64,000 nucleotides of DNA from assembly GCF_001194135.2 (NCBI RefSeq), contig NC_069008.1:8929163-8993162 (forward strand), in the 5' to 3' direction. A model generated the notes under the pieces. It saw only the letters and a list, made by a program, of their open reading frames with translations. It did not search any database and was not told where the DNA came from. This DNA comes from Octopus bimaculoides (Eukaryota). Shown piece by piece: positions 53,209-64,000 of the stretch (positions are counted from its first letter, which is position 1; the number at the start of each line of letters is the position of its first letter). The position numbers and the translations under genes were made by a program.

Positions 53209-53234
53209 ATGACCGAATACAGTGATTTAGACAG
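53209..53234 (+). CDS. PPP4C: Ser/Thr protein phosphatase 4 catalytic subunit, first coding exon (MTEYSDLDR)
   Basis: Acceptor CAG at 53183, ATG at 53209, donor GTATGT at 53235; phase-2 junction AG+A completes Arg; matches the PP4C N-terminus (xSDLDRQIE). Confidence 0.85.
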
Positions 53235-53504
53235 GTATGTATATAGTTTGAGATGCTGTCTTGAGATAATTTATATGTACACATTCAATATGTGTGTGTA
53301 TTATATATATTGTCAAATGGCCGAAACAAGTAAAAGAGTTAAAGTATATATAGGAACAAGTGTGGCTGTGTGATAAGAAGCCTAGTTCCTAGCACATGGC
53401 TCCGGTACCACATGGCACCTTGGGCAAGTGTCTTCTATTATAGGCTTTTGGCTGAGCAAAGTCCTGTGGGTGAATTTGGTGGATGAGAACTGGAAGAAGC
53501 CCAT

Positions 53505-53545
<41 letters not shown>

Positions 53546-54802
53546 ATGTGTGTGTGTGTGTGTCTTTGTATTTATCTGTCCCCCATCACCGCTTGACAAC
53601 TGGTGTTAGTGTGTTTACATCCCCCGTAACTCAGCAATTCAGCAAAAGTGACCAATAGAATAAGTACCAGGCTTTGCAAAAATATAAGCCCAGGTTTGTT
53701 CAACTAAAATCAAGGCAGTGCCCCAGCATAGTCGCAGTCAAATGACTGAAACCAGTGAAAGAAAGATAATGAGTAGAATTCATATTGGAAACTGAAAGGA
53801 GTCAATTGTGTGGATATATGTATGTAACGGAACAGTACATTATATTCTCCAAAACATGGATTTACACCACAAATTCACATTCTACATATTATTAGTGTGA
53901 TAGTTATGTTCAGTTGAGGACTCTAAGAATTTTACCAAAATAGGACATGAAAATGGATTTATTTTTGGTGACCCTGCTGGTGCCACATAAAAAGCGCTCA
54001 GTCCCCTCTGTAAAGTGGTTAGAGCTTGGAAGGGCTTCCAACCATAAAAACCATGCCAAAAACAGATAATGTATAGATAGATGGATATGGATGTTTGTGT
54101 GTTTGTGCCCCCTCGTCTTGATATCGCATGATAGTTGTAAATGAGTATCACTGTCATACATGCAGTGTTGTTTGTTTTTAGTTTTCCTTAGAAACCCGTC
54201 TGGTCAGCGCGTAATATTACCTTGCCTGGACAGAAGTGAAAAAATTTGCTTCAATGAATTCTATCTGACCTAGGCTTTAAAGTAGGCGTTAAAGCAATAC
54301 CGATGCTGATGATATATTAATGATTTTCATTTCGCAGAATGTTGGTTTAAGCATTCCATATAATCCCTCAAAACTTTTCTGTTTTTTGGAATTTTTAGCA
54401 AATTCTTCCAAATTTGTGTTCTATACACAGGAATTCATACAATTATGAAAAACAAAATTTCTTTTGTGTATGATTTAAGGGCAATTTATATTTACAGAGA
54501 CAGCTGTGATTATCTGGTCACTGTGTGCGCGCCACCCTCAAGTGGAAGCATCCAAATTAGTCTTGTGGTGATGCAAGAAGAGAAAACATTGTCACATATC
54601 AACAACTTGATAGCAGACACTGGCCTGAAGTGTATCCAAGACCTTGAGGCAGTGATGATGGACCAAGGAGTGTAGCGGGTGAGATTTTGTTGCTGCAGGC
54701 CAAGTTGGAACCTGGCAATGATGATAATAAATAAATCTGATGGTAATCACAAAAAAGCTCCTTAGTGGATCAGACTACAAACCAATATTAGGAGTGTAAT
54801 GT

Positions 54803-57251
54803 TGTTGTGTGGACGCCCCCAGACAATAAGTAGGCTAGTCCAATACGTATAAATAGTGGACGTGATAGCTAGTCGGAAGCGTTGCATAGAGCAAGCCAGA
54901 GCCGTTGGTAGACTAGACATAGAGTTCTGTTGAGTCGAGTTGTCGGAAGTGAGAGTTCGGTAGTTGAGTAGAGGTACGTCATTGGCGAAGGTACGCCATC
55001 CGAACGTGCGATATAACAGTGGCGATGAGGTTTCGAATAGTACTGAAATGGAAGAGTTACTGAAAGCAGTTGTCAAACAACAAGAGCAGCAACTACAGAA
55101 GTTAACAGAATTGTTACTGCAGTCGAGAAATACGACAGAATCATTTTCAGCAGATGGTGCTGCAAATTACATTGAAGAACTTCACTACAAACCGGATGAA
55201 AGAACTACTTTTACTGCATATTACAGACGATATAAAGACATATTCCGAGAGGAATGCCAAGGGATGGTCTAGTGAAAGGAAGGTCAGGCTCCTTTTGTGA
55301 AAGCTTGCCCCTCTGGAACATGAAAGTTTTTGTAACTTTATTTTGCCAAGAATGCCCGTGGAATTGCGTTTTGATGAAACAATAAATATTGTTAAAGGGC
55401 TAGTGGCAACGGAAGACGCGGAAATTAGAAAAAGAATATTATCAAAGCTGAATCAAGATGTGAAACTCACTTTGCAGAACGTGGCTGAGGAATGCCAACA
55501 AATAATAAACCTTCGAAATGATAAAAGAAAGATAGAAGACAAGAATAATAATAATGTACAAATGTGTAAAGAAAGTACAGAAAGAAGGGAAAATTTAAAT
55601 TCAAAACAGTGCTATGGTTGTGGAGATCGACATTTGAGGAAAGATTGCTCCTTTAAAGATAAAACCTGTTTCAAGTGTGGTAAAATTGGACATATACAGA
55701 CGAAATGCCAGTCAAAGAAAATTGTAAAACCGAAGAAAGTCTACTCAACAAAAGTAAATCATACCATACAAAATCGAAAATTTGTGTTGATAGAAATATA
55801 TGGTCTTCAGACCAAAATGAATTAAATACTGGTTCAGACGTATCGATAATAAATACGGCAACATGGAGTAAGATAGGCAGGCCAGTGTATAAAAAAACTA
55901 CTTGGATAGCTCACAGTGTGTTGGGAATGAGTTCAATTCTTGGGCGAAATTTCACCAGAAATAAAACTTTAAAACATGACACAGAAAAGTAAACTAATGG
56001 TATTTAAGAATACAATGAATCTGTTCAGGACAGATTTGATGGAAGAATTTGACCTGTGGGATCTACCACTGAATACACAATGTAATAAGGTGAATGCATC
56101 ACAGTCTGTGTCAGAGAAAGCATCAGAAAAATTGAAACTAAAATTGGAAAAGATGTACCCTGATGTGTTTTTGAAAGAGCTTAGTATGTGTAAAAATAGT
56201 TTGAGTTGAAAGAAAATGCGGTGCTGGTGTTCAAACCGAAAAGGAATGTACCTTGTGCAGTGTTAAACCAAGTTGAGAAGGAATTAAAAAGATTGGAAGA
56301 CATGGAAGTAATTGAAAAAAGTAGATTACTCTGAGTGGGCGGCTCCTACGGTATATATAAAAAAGAACAAGGTAAGAGTAGGTGCGGACTTCTCAACTGG
56401 TCTTAATGATTGTTTAAAAAATTTCAACTATCCGCTTCCACACCCAGAAGAAATATTTGCTAAGTGCAATGGTGGGAAAATTTTTTCCAAGCTGGATTTG
56501 TCAGAGGCCTACCTCCAGTTACTGGTAGATGAAGAATGTGCTAAAGTATTAACAATCAATACTCATAAAGGTCTGTACCGTTTCAAAAGACTGCCATTTG
56601 GGGTTAAGGTCGCACCAGCAATATTTCAGCAAGTGATGGATACTATGCTAGCAGGTTGTGAGTTCGTGGTCCCATACTTGGATGACATATTGATCAAAAG
56701 TGAATTGAGAGACCAACACATTGAACATATAGAAGAGGTTTACAAACGAATAAGCGATTATGGGTTTAAAGTAAGTGAGGATAAATGAAATTTTCTTGAC
56801 AAAAATAAAGTACATGGGACAGGTGATCGATGAAAACGGACGTAAACCGGTCCCTTCTAGGATCAACGCGATAAAAAAAATGCCTGCCCCCACTAACAAA
56901 ACAACACTACAAGCATAGGTCAAACAGGAAGAGAAAACCTACAGAAATGATGGAAATTAACGCTAAGAGAAAAAGATATGCCAGTTTACCAAGGAAATAA
57001 AATTGATAAATTTGGGTTGAGAAAAAAAAAAAATTCTTAAAAGGGAGAGGTGTTGTATGGACGCCCCCAGACGATAAGTAGGCTAGTCCAGTATGTATAA
57101 ATAGTGGATGTGATAGCTAGTTGGAAGCGTCGTGTAGAGCGAGCCAGAGCTGTCGCTAGACTAAACGTTGAGTTGCCGGAAGCGAGAGTTTGGTAGTTGA
57201 GTAGAGGTACGTCATTGGCGAAGGTATGCCATCCGAACATACGATATAACA
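54803..57251 (+). mobile_element. Ty3/Gypsy (Mag-like) LTR retrotransposon, internally deleted
   Basis: LTRs 54803-55018 and 57051-57251 (TG...CA); PBS TGGCGATGAGG; PPT AAAAGGGAGAGG; TSD AATGT; gag knuckles CYGCGDRHLRKDC and CFKCGKIGHIQTKC; protease LNTGSDVSII; RT FSKLDLSEAYLQ, LPFGV, YLDDILI; no RNase H or integrase seen. Confidence 0.95.
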
Positions 57252-57490
57252 AATGTATAGTTCTATGCATTTGAGATCTAGTAAATCTAATCATGAAGAG
57301 TATATAGAATATATAGGAAATCAGGAGGTATGAGATGAATATATTTATTTCCATAAGATTACAATCGAAGATTATGGTAGAAGATGGCCAATTTAAATGC
57401 TAAAGGGTTAAATGAAAGAAAAAGTGTTGTTCTAATGTGATGAGTTTGTTTGAAGTATTTGATCTATTATCTCTCTTTCATTTTTTCTAG

Positions 57491-57614
57491 ACAAATTGAA
57501 CAGCTAAGACGATGCGAAACCATCAAGGAGAATGAGGTGAAAACCCTCTGTGCAAAGGCCCGGGAGATCCTGATTGAGGAGAGTAATGTACAGAAAGTAG
57601 ATTCCCCCGTCACG
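57491..57614 (+). CDS. PPP4C: PP4 catalytic subunit coding exon 2
   Basis: TTTTTTCTAG acceptor, GTCAGT donor; [41 protein letters not shown]. Confidence 0.95.
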
Positions 57615-57919
57615 GTCAGTGAATTGTTTTGTAATGGTGGTGTTGGTTGTTGTTGTTGTTCATTATCATCATTTAACATCCATTTTCTATGCTGGCATGG
57701 GTTGGACGGATTGACAGGAGCTGCCCAGGCTGCTTTGGCATGGTTTCTACAGCTGGATGCCCTTCCTAACACCAACCTGTTTACAGAGTGTAGTAGGTGC
57801 TTTTATGTGGCACCAGCAGCTCACAAGATTAGGAATGCTCAGTTGGAAAGGGATTCTGGGGACAAGCCTGTATGTAAAGACAACCACACTTTTACTTGAT
57901 TTGGTGTGTTTTCTCAAGC

Positions 57920-58270
57920 ACAGCAAAAGTCTCAGTCCCCTGTCATCTTCTCTGTCAATTTCAACGTCTGTAGATCCTTTCTCACTACTTTGTTCCACAT
58001 CTTCTTGGATCTTCCCCTTCCACACATTCCCTCCACAATTAGAGCTCGGCACTTCTTGATTCATCTGTCTTCATTCAAATGCATCACATGACCATGCTAG
58101 CAAAGTCTTCTCACTTGCAAACTACATCTCATGCCACGTATACCCTTTTTTTCTCTCAAATCACTGACACTCTGTTGCATATGCATGCTGACATTACCCA
58201 TCCACCGAAGCACACTGGTTTCATTTCTAGGTTAATAGTATGTTGTTCTGTGAGATAGTGTGGATATGTA
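57920..58270 (-). mobile_element. RTE-clade LINE 3' ORF fragment
   Basis: Minus strand CGRGRSKKMWNKVVRKDLQTL, an RTE C-terminal motif. Confidence 0.5.
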
Positions 58271-58822
58271 ATGTCTCCACTTTCCAGTATAAAGACGGTG
58301 TTGACCGCTGGTAGTGTGAAGGTGGTGCTGCTTGTTGATGATATAATCATCATCATCATCATCATCATTTAGTGTTCGTTTTCCGTGTTGGCATGGGTTA
58401 GATGGTTTGACTGGGACTGGTTAGCCAGAGTGCTGTACCAGACACTAGTCTGTTTTGGCTTCGGTTCTACAACTAGATTCCCTTCTTAATGCCAAACTCT
58501 CCACAGAGTATACTGAGTGTCACTGGCACAGGTGCCTTTTTCATGATACTGGCATTGACCACAACCATAATTTCACTTAGCCTCTTGTGTCTTCTCAAGC
58601 ACAGCAAATCACCAGAAGTCTTGGTTACTTGTAATGGTGAATGACATTGTTTAGGACCAGGTAGAGCAGATCTATGGTCTGAAGGTATTCTAGCCATTGC
58701 TGTCTCATCAACCAGATTTATGGCTCATAGGTACCCAGGCTGAATAACTGTGTGACCAACAGATCTATTTCGCCAGTTGTATGTTGCTTCTGTCTAGCTG
58801 TGAATCACATTGCGTAACGCAG

Positions 58823-59175
58823 TGGTTCATTGTATGTAGTCCAGTTTAACATTCTGGATATACTATCTCTCCATTGTCCAGTGTATTTTTGACATGCAAT
58901 GGTTAATTGTATGTAGTTCATTGTGACAGTCTGGACATGTTATCTCTCCTCTGTTCTCTGTATTTCTTGATATGCACTGATTAATTGTTTATAGTTCAAT
59001 TTAACAGTTTGGACTCCAGTTATCTCTCCACCACCTTGTGTAATTTTGAGATGCACTGCTTAATTGTATGTAGTTCAGTGTGACAGTCTGGACTTGTCCA
59101 GTATCTTTTAGACATACAGTGGTTAATTGTATGTAGTTTGATTCAACAGTCTGAACACATTATCTCTCCACTGTC
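58823..59175. repeat. about 78-bp minisatellite, about 4.5 copies
   Basis: Units start at 58823, 58901, 58979, 59058 and 59121 with G(G/A/C)TT(A/C)ATTGT(A/T)T(G/A)TAGT...TTATCTCTCC. Confidence 0.8.
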
Positions 59176-59319
59176 ATAGACGTTACTGCACAGTGTGATG
59201 AAATCGAGGACATATGGTTATAAAGCAAACTTCTTAACCATACAGCTAAACCTTACTTGTATAATTATCTTTTTTGTGTAACTTTTTTATTTAACCTTTT
59301 TACATTTTTGTTTCTCCAG

Positions 59320-59472
59320 GTGTGTGGTGACATCCATGGCCAGTTTTATGATTTGAAAGAATTGTTTAAAGTCGGCGGTTATGTACCTGATACAAATTAC
59401 CTTTTCATGGGTGACTTTGTCGATCGAGGATTTTACAGCGTAGAAACATTTTTATTATTATTAGCTTTAAAG
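59320..59472 (+). CDS. PPP4C: PP4 catalytic subunit coding exon 3
   Basis: CTCCAG acceptor, GTGAGT donor; [12 protein letters not shown]...[21 protein letters not shown] with the PPP motifs GDxHG and GDxVDRG. Confidence 0.97.
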
Positions 59473-60426
59473 GTGAGTAGTAACCTTATTAATTTTAATA
59501 TTTGTGGGACTTTTGCTTGTATTACAAATCATTATTTTTATGTCTTTGAAAGTTTTATGTGTGTTTCTCTTGTGACATTTGGGACACTTCTGTGTTCCTT
59601 AGCAGCCCTGCTCTCTGGGAATGTAGCAGTGTGAGCCTGGTAAAAATTACATTCTGTAACTCTGTACTCTTAATGTAGGTAAAGGTTGGAGAGTGCAAAA
59701 GCATCAAATATGCACCCACCCAACTTATGCCAGCTCAGAAAAATGGATGCAAGATGAACAAACACATACATACATATAACACGCACACACACACATTATT
59801 TTGCACTATTATAAGGTTTGGCAAGGTGGCAGAACTGTTAGCATGCTAGAGAAAATGCCTAACAGCATTTTGTCTGTCTTTACATTCTAAGCTCAAATTC
59901 CACCAAGGTCAATTTTGTCTTTCATCCTTTTAGGGTCGATAAAATGAATACCAGTCAAGTCCTGGGGTTTGATGTAACCGATTTCCTCTCCCCTCAAAAA
60001 CTGCTGGCCCTGTGCCAAAATTTGAAACCATTATTATGAAGTTTTGTAAGTCGGCAAGCTGATAGAATTGTTAACACCCGAGACAAATTGTTTAGCAGCA
60101 TTTCTTTTGGTTTTATGGTCTAAATTTAAATTCTATCGAGGATGATTCACATTTCATCCATTTGGGTGAAATAAATACCAGTTGAGTACTGGGGTTGATG
60201 AAATCAACTGGCTTTCCTCACCCATTTCAGGCCTTATGTCTGCAGTAGAAAGAATTATTTCGAGGTTTGGTTTGTTGTTTCAGGAGTTAATTTGTTACTT
60301 TAGAGTTAGGTCTGTGTAGAGCAGTGGTACTTAATCTGGCTAATAGACCCCACTCACCAAGAAAGAGCATGGTGAACTCACACTGAGAGGTGATGTATGA
60401 TTTTTCTTAAAAATAAAAGGGATTAA

Positions 60427-60642
60427 CCATATAGCATTCAGATTAATTTATCAAATGTAATGCTTATTTATCCACTTTTTAAAAAATTAATCCTGTATTA
60501 TCTTGTAGCTTCAAGATTTTGAAGATGTGTTTATTTTTAGAATGACATTGTAAGGTGAGTGGGAGAAGCTGGATCTGGCCAGTTTGAACATAAAACAGGT
60601 AAAACATTTGGGCTGGATATGGCCAGTTTAAATGCTAAAGGA
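60427..60642. mobile_element. piggyBac-like MITE
   Basis: TTAA|CCATATAGCATT...AATGCTAAAGGA|TTAA; fragments also near 45350-45380, 57385-57412, 61160-61260 and 62900-63000. Confidence 0.65.
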
Positions 60643-62560
60643 TTAAAGCCCCCAAAATCAAGTCTGTACTTGTATTTTAATCTCATTTTTAAAAAAATGT
60701 TTTTGTCGAGATTAAAATACAAATAGGTATTGTGTTATTATTGAGCAAATGAATGATTGCTGATTTGTTAAGGTCCAATATAATTTGATGTGAAGGCATC
60801 TGGCTTAGTGATTAGGGTATTAAGTTCACAAGCATAAGGTTGTGAGTTCAATTCCCAGGCATGTGCTGTGTCCTTGAACAAGACATTTCACTTTGCTCCA
60901 GGGCCAGCTTTGTCACATTGTGTGTCACCGTGAATTTCCCTGAGAACTATGTTAAGGGTACACGTGTCTGTGGAGTACTCAGCCACTTGCATGTTAATTT
61001 CATGGGCTGGCTGTTTTGGTCAGTTGAATCAACTGGAAGACTCATCATCATAACCAACAGAGTTCCCAAAAAGAAAGAAATATATAATTCCTTATCTGTA
61101 AATAGCCACAAGCATGGCTACATGCTTAAGAAGTTCACTTCCCAACTGCATGGTTTCATGATGTGGTAGTTTATTTTTAGAATGATATTGTAGGGTAGGT
61201 GTGAGGGGCTTGATGTGGCCAGTTTGAACATAAAGCAGGTAGAATAATTGGGGCAGATATAGCCCTTCTTCTCTATATCCTTCCAAGGAAGGGGTGGACG
61301 AGTGACTTCTACTATAGAACAACTGGTGTTGGTGTGCTTATGTTCCCATAACTTAGTGGTTTAGCAAAAAGAGATTAATAGAATAGGTACCAGGCTTTAA
61401 AAAAAGCCCTGGTGTTGATTTGTTTGACTAAAACCCTTCAAGTCAGTGCTCTAGCATGGCCACAGTCAAATGATAGACAAGTAAATGACACAAGACAGAT
61501 ATGTGTGTGTGTGCGTCCTTTTTGTGACATCTTATGATAGTTGTAAATAAGGGTCACTGTTATATAATTATTGTTGTTTCCAGTCTTCCTTGCCAACATG
61601 TTCAGCCACGGGGAAATATTTTAGTTTGAAACCGGTGTGGGTTGGGGACAGGAAGAGCATTCCGACATAAAAAAATCCACCTCCACAAATTATGCTTGGT
61701 CCTTGCAAGCATAGAAAAAATGAGGAGGAGGAGGAAGAAAGCCTTTCCTTCTTTTGTAGTTTACCTTTTTTTACTCGTTTCAGTCATTAGATTGCGGCCA
61801 TGCTGGGGCATCACCTTGACAAATTTTGTAGTCAAATGAATTAACCCCAGTACTTATTTTTTTTTTTAAACTGGTACTTATGCTATCAGTCTCTGTTGCC
61901 AAACTACTGGGTTATAGGGATGTAAACACACCAATACCAGTTGTCAAGCAGTAGTGCAAGACAAATACAGAAACAAAGACACACACACACACACACACAC
62001 ACAGAAGCTTCTTTCAATTTCTATCTTCCAAATCTACTCCAAGGCTTTGGTTGCCCTGGGACCATGCTAGTTCTAACACACTTGCCCAAGGTGCCAAGCA
62101 GTGGGACTGAACCAGTAGTCATGTAGTTGGGAAGCAATCTTCTTACCACACAGCACCATAGGAGTGCTAGTTCAAGTAAATATCTAAAAAAAGAAAAAGA
62201 CAGATGGGATAGTTTAAGAAACCATGGATAATAAACCATTCCCCAAAACTGGACATTTGCTTGGCCAAACATGGCATAGCAGGGGGCATTTGTAAAATTA
62301 GGGGAGAGAAATGCTGAATTACAAGTGATTGAAAATTACCAGTGTAGAGCAATAGTTCCAAGCCTCTATTTTGCTGTACTGTTCGTCCAACCCATGCTAG
62401 CATGAAAAGCGGACGTTAAACGATGATGATGATGATGATGATGATGACTGGTTTTTCTATAGACCAGGAAATTGTGTGCATAATATATAATTCAATTATT
62501 ACATGTATAATACATATATGTATTACATATATATTATATATATACATTATATATATATAT

Positions 62561-62820
62561 AAAATTCAAATTATGAATGTAAACAAACAAACGAAGTTTG
62601 CTTTAGAAACATTGAGATGTCTTAGAAAGTTTTTAAATTCTCAAATGCAGGATAATGCTAATAATATAGCCTGAACAGGATAAGCTACTTCTATTTTGCA
62701 GAAAAAAATGGTGTAGGCGGTTTAGCTTAATGGTTCAGAGCACCTCGACGCGTAATCATGGAGGTGTGAGTTCGAGTCTCATAGCCAGCCACCAACACTT
62801 TTTTCTGCAAAATAGGGGTA

Positions 62821-62822
<2 letters not shown>
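62561..62822 (+). mobile_element. palindromic element with a tRNA-like core
   Basis: Homologous to 943-1182; inverted arms 62684-62707 and 62799-62822 enclose a tRNA-like sequence. Confidence 0.7.
62716..62794 (+). pseudogene. tRNA-like sequence (Thr-like, anticodon CGT), imperfect
   Basis: A-box TAGCTTAATGG, D-stem GCTT/GAGC, T-arm GTGAG-TTCGAGT-CTCAT, loop CGCGTAA, ends ACCA, T6 run at 62799-62804. Bulged acceptor stem, mismatched anticodon stem and G33. Confidence 0.5.
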
Positions 62823-62861
<39 letters not shown>

Positions 62862-63574
62862 CACATACAATGCATACCTATACTAAAATTGGAAGGATAT
62901 AGAGAAGAATTATTCTACCTGCTTTATGTTCAAACTGGCCACATCAAGCCCCTCACACCTACCCTACAATATCATTCTAAAAATAAACCACCACATCATC
63001 AAAATCTTGAAGCTACAAGACAATGTATGACTAATTCAAAACAATATGAATAAATGTGTATTACATGTAACAGAATAAACTGAATGCTAAATGAGACTAA
63101 TGGGAACCTTGTGCTTCGTGATAACGGCAACACACCTCACCACAATTTTCCCAGGCCCCACTGGTGGGGGCATATGCCCTATGTTGGAAATCACTGATGT
63201 AGAGTAATGTAAGTTGGTTTATTTTGCCTAGATGGTGTTTGTGTTCTGTATATGTTGTATGTGTAGTCTATACATATAAATTTGACATGGGCAATTCTTT
63301 CTTGTCTTGGGATTCAGTCAAACAGCTAGGTGGAATTACACGAAAAATTACACAGATGTGTAGAATGATCTGTGGTGATGCTGGGCTTTGTATTTTTTCA
63401 TAGCTCCCATGGTTACCGAAATAATCTACTATAATAATACTCTTGTTTTTATGAATGAGAAAGGAAGGGGTGATAGATGTTTGACAGAAAAGTAATTCTA
63501 AAATTGTTTTTTAATGTAAGAGGGCCCAAACAAGTCAAATGCTTACACAGAGCAGGTTTTACAGCCACATCATC

Positions 63575-63609
63575 CAAACCAACCGGGTGAAACCGGGCCT
63601 AGCTGCTAG
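63575..63609 (+). mobile_element. Helitron 3' terminus
   Basis: CCGGGTGAAACCGGG hairpin followed by GCTGCTAG|T. Confidence 0.5.
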
Positions 63610-63716
63610 TTAATAATTATAAGTTGCAGTTCTCCTTCTCGCTTTCTTTCTCTCTCTCTTACACACACCTCTCCTCCTTCTCTTATTGAACCTTCCTTAT
63701 AAATTTTCCATTACAG

Positions 63717-63890
63717 GTGCGATACCCAGACAGAATCACTCTTATCCGAGGCAACCACGAAAGTCGACAGATTACCCAGGTGTATGGCTTCTATGATGAA
63801 TGTTTGAGGAAGTATGGGTCTATCACTGTGTGGCGCTACTGTACCGAAATATTCGACTTCCTTAGTTTATCAGCGATCATTGACGGCAAA
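63717..63890 (+). CDS. PPP4C: PP4 catalytic subunit coding exon 4 (gene continues beyond window)
   Basis: TTACAG acceptor, GTAAGT donor; [58 protein letters not shown] (GNHE motif; PP4-type rather than PP2A-type residues). Confidence 0.97.
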
Positions 63891-64000
63891 GTAAGTCAGA
63901 CCCATTGTCACATTTTCTCTACTGCTGCTCCTCCTTCTCTTCCTCCCTCCTTGCCCCCTCCCCTTCTTCAATATAGTCACCACCACTAGTCACCCTATAA

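Noticed and set aside
57450-57899. Single 149-aa ORF as a complete gene
   Set aside because: Only 57491-57614 is PPP4C exon; the rest is intron and SINE read-through.
59-63053. ORFs rich in IYIY, CVCV, HTHT, SLSL
   Set aside because: Translations of (TA)n, (TG)n, (CA)n and (TC)n microsatellites.

Overview
Eukaryotic, AT-rich, microsatellite-rich and gapped genomic window. The SINE repertoire and (TA)n/(CA)n density suggest a coleoid cephalopod, most likely Octopus (inference). Host genes: four coding exons of the PP4 catalytic subunit gene PPP4C on + (53.2-63.9 kb, continuing past the window) and two probable last coding exons of an unidentified acidic-tailed protein on + (2.6-4.2 kb). Most of the rest is repeat: several tRNA-derived SINE families, RTE and CR1/L2 LINE remnants, three mariner fossils, a near full-length Penelope-like element, an internally deleted Ty3/Gypsy LTR element with both LTRs and TSD, non-autonomous Helitrons, a piggyBac-like MITE and several foldback elements. 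Best leads: (1) an extremely AT-rich segment at 19.4-23.3 kb that reads on the minus strand as a gene with 31-37 nt introns and many in-frame TAA/TAG, i.e. a possible ciliate-code foreign gene integrated in the host genome and later split by a foldback transposon; (2) two identical intact minimal hammerhead ribozymes; (3) a palindromic element with a tRNA-like cloverleaf at its apex; (4) a foldback element with a telomeric-repeat core. All coordinates, alignments and counts were made by eye or by hand; no database searches were run.
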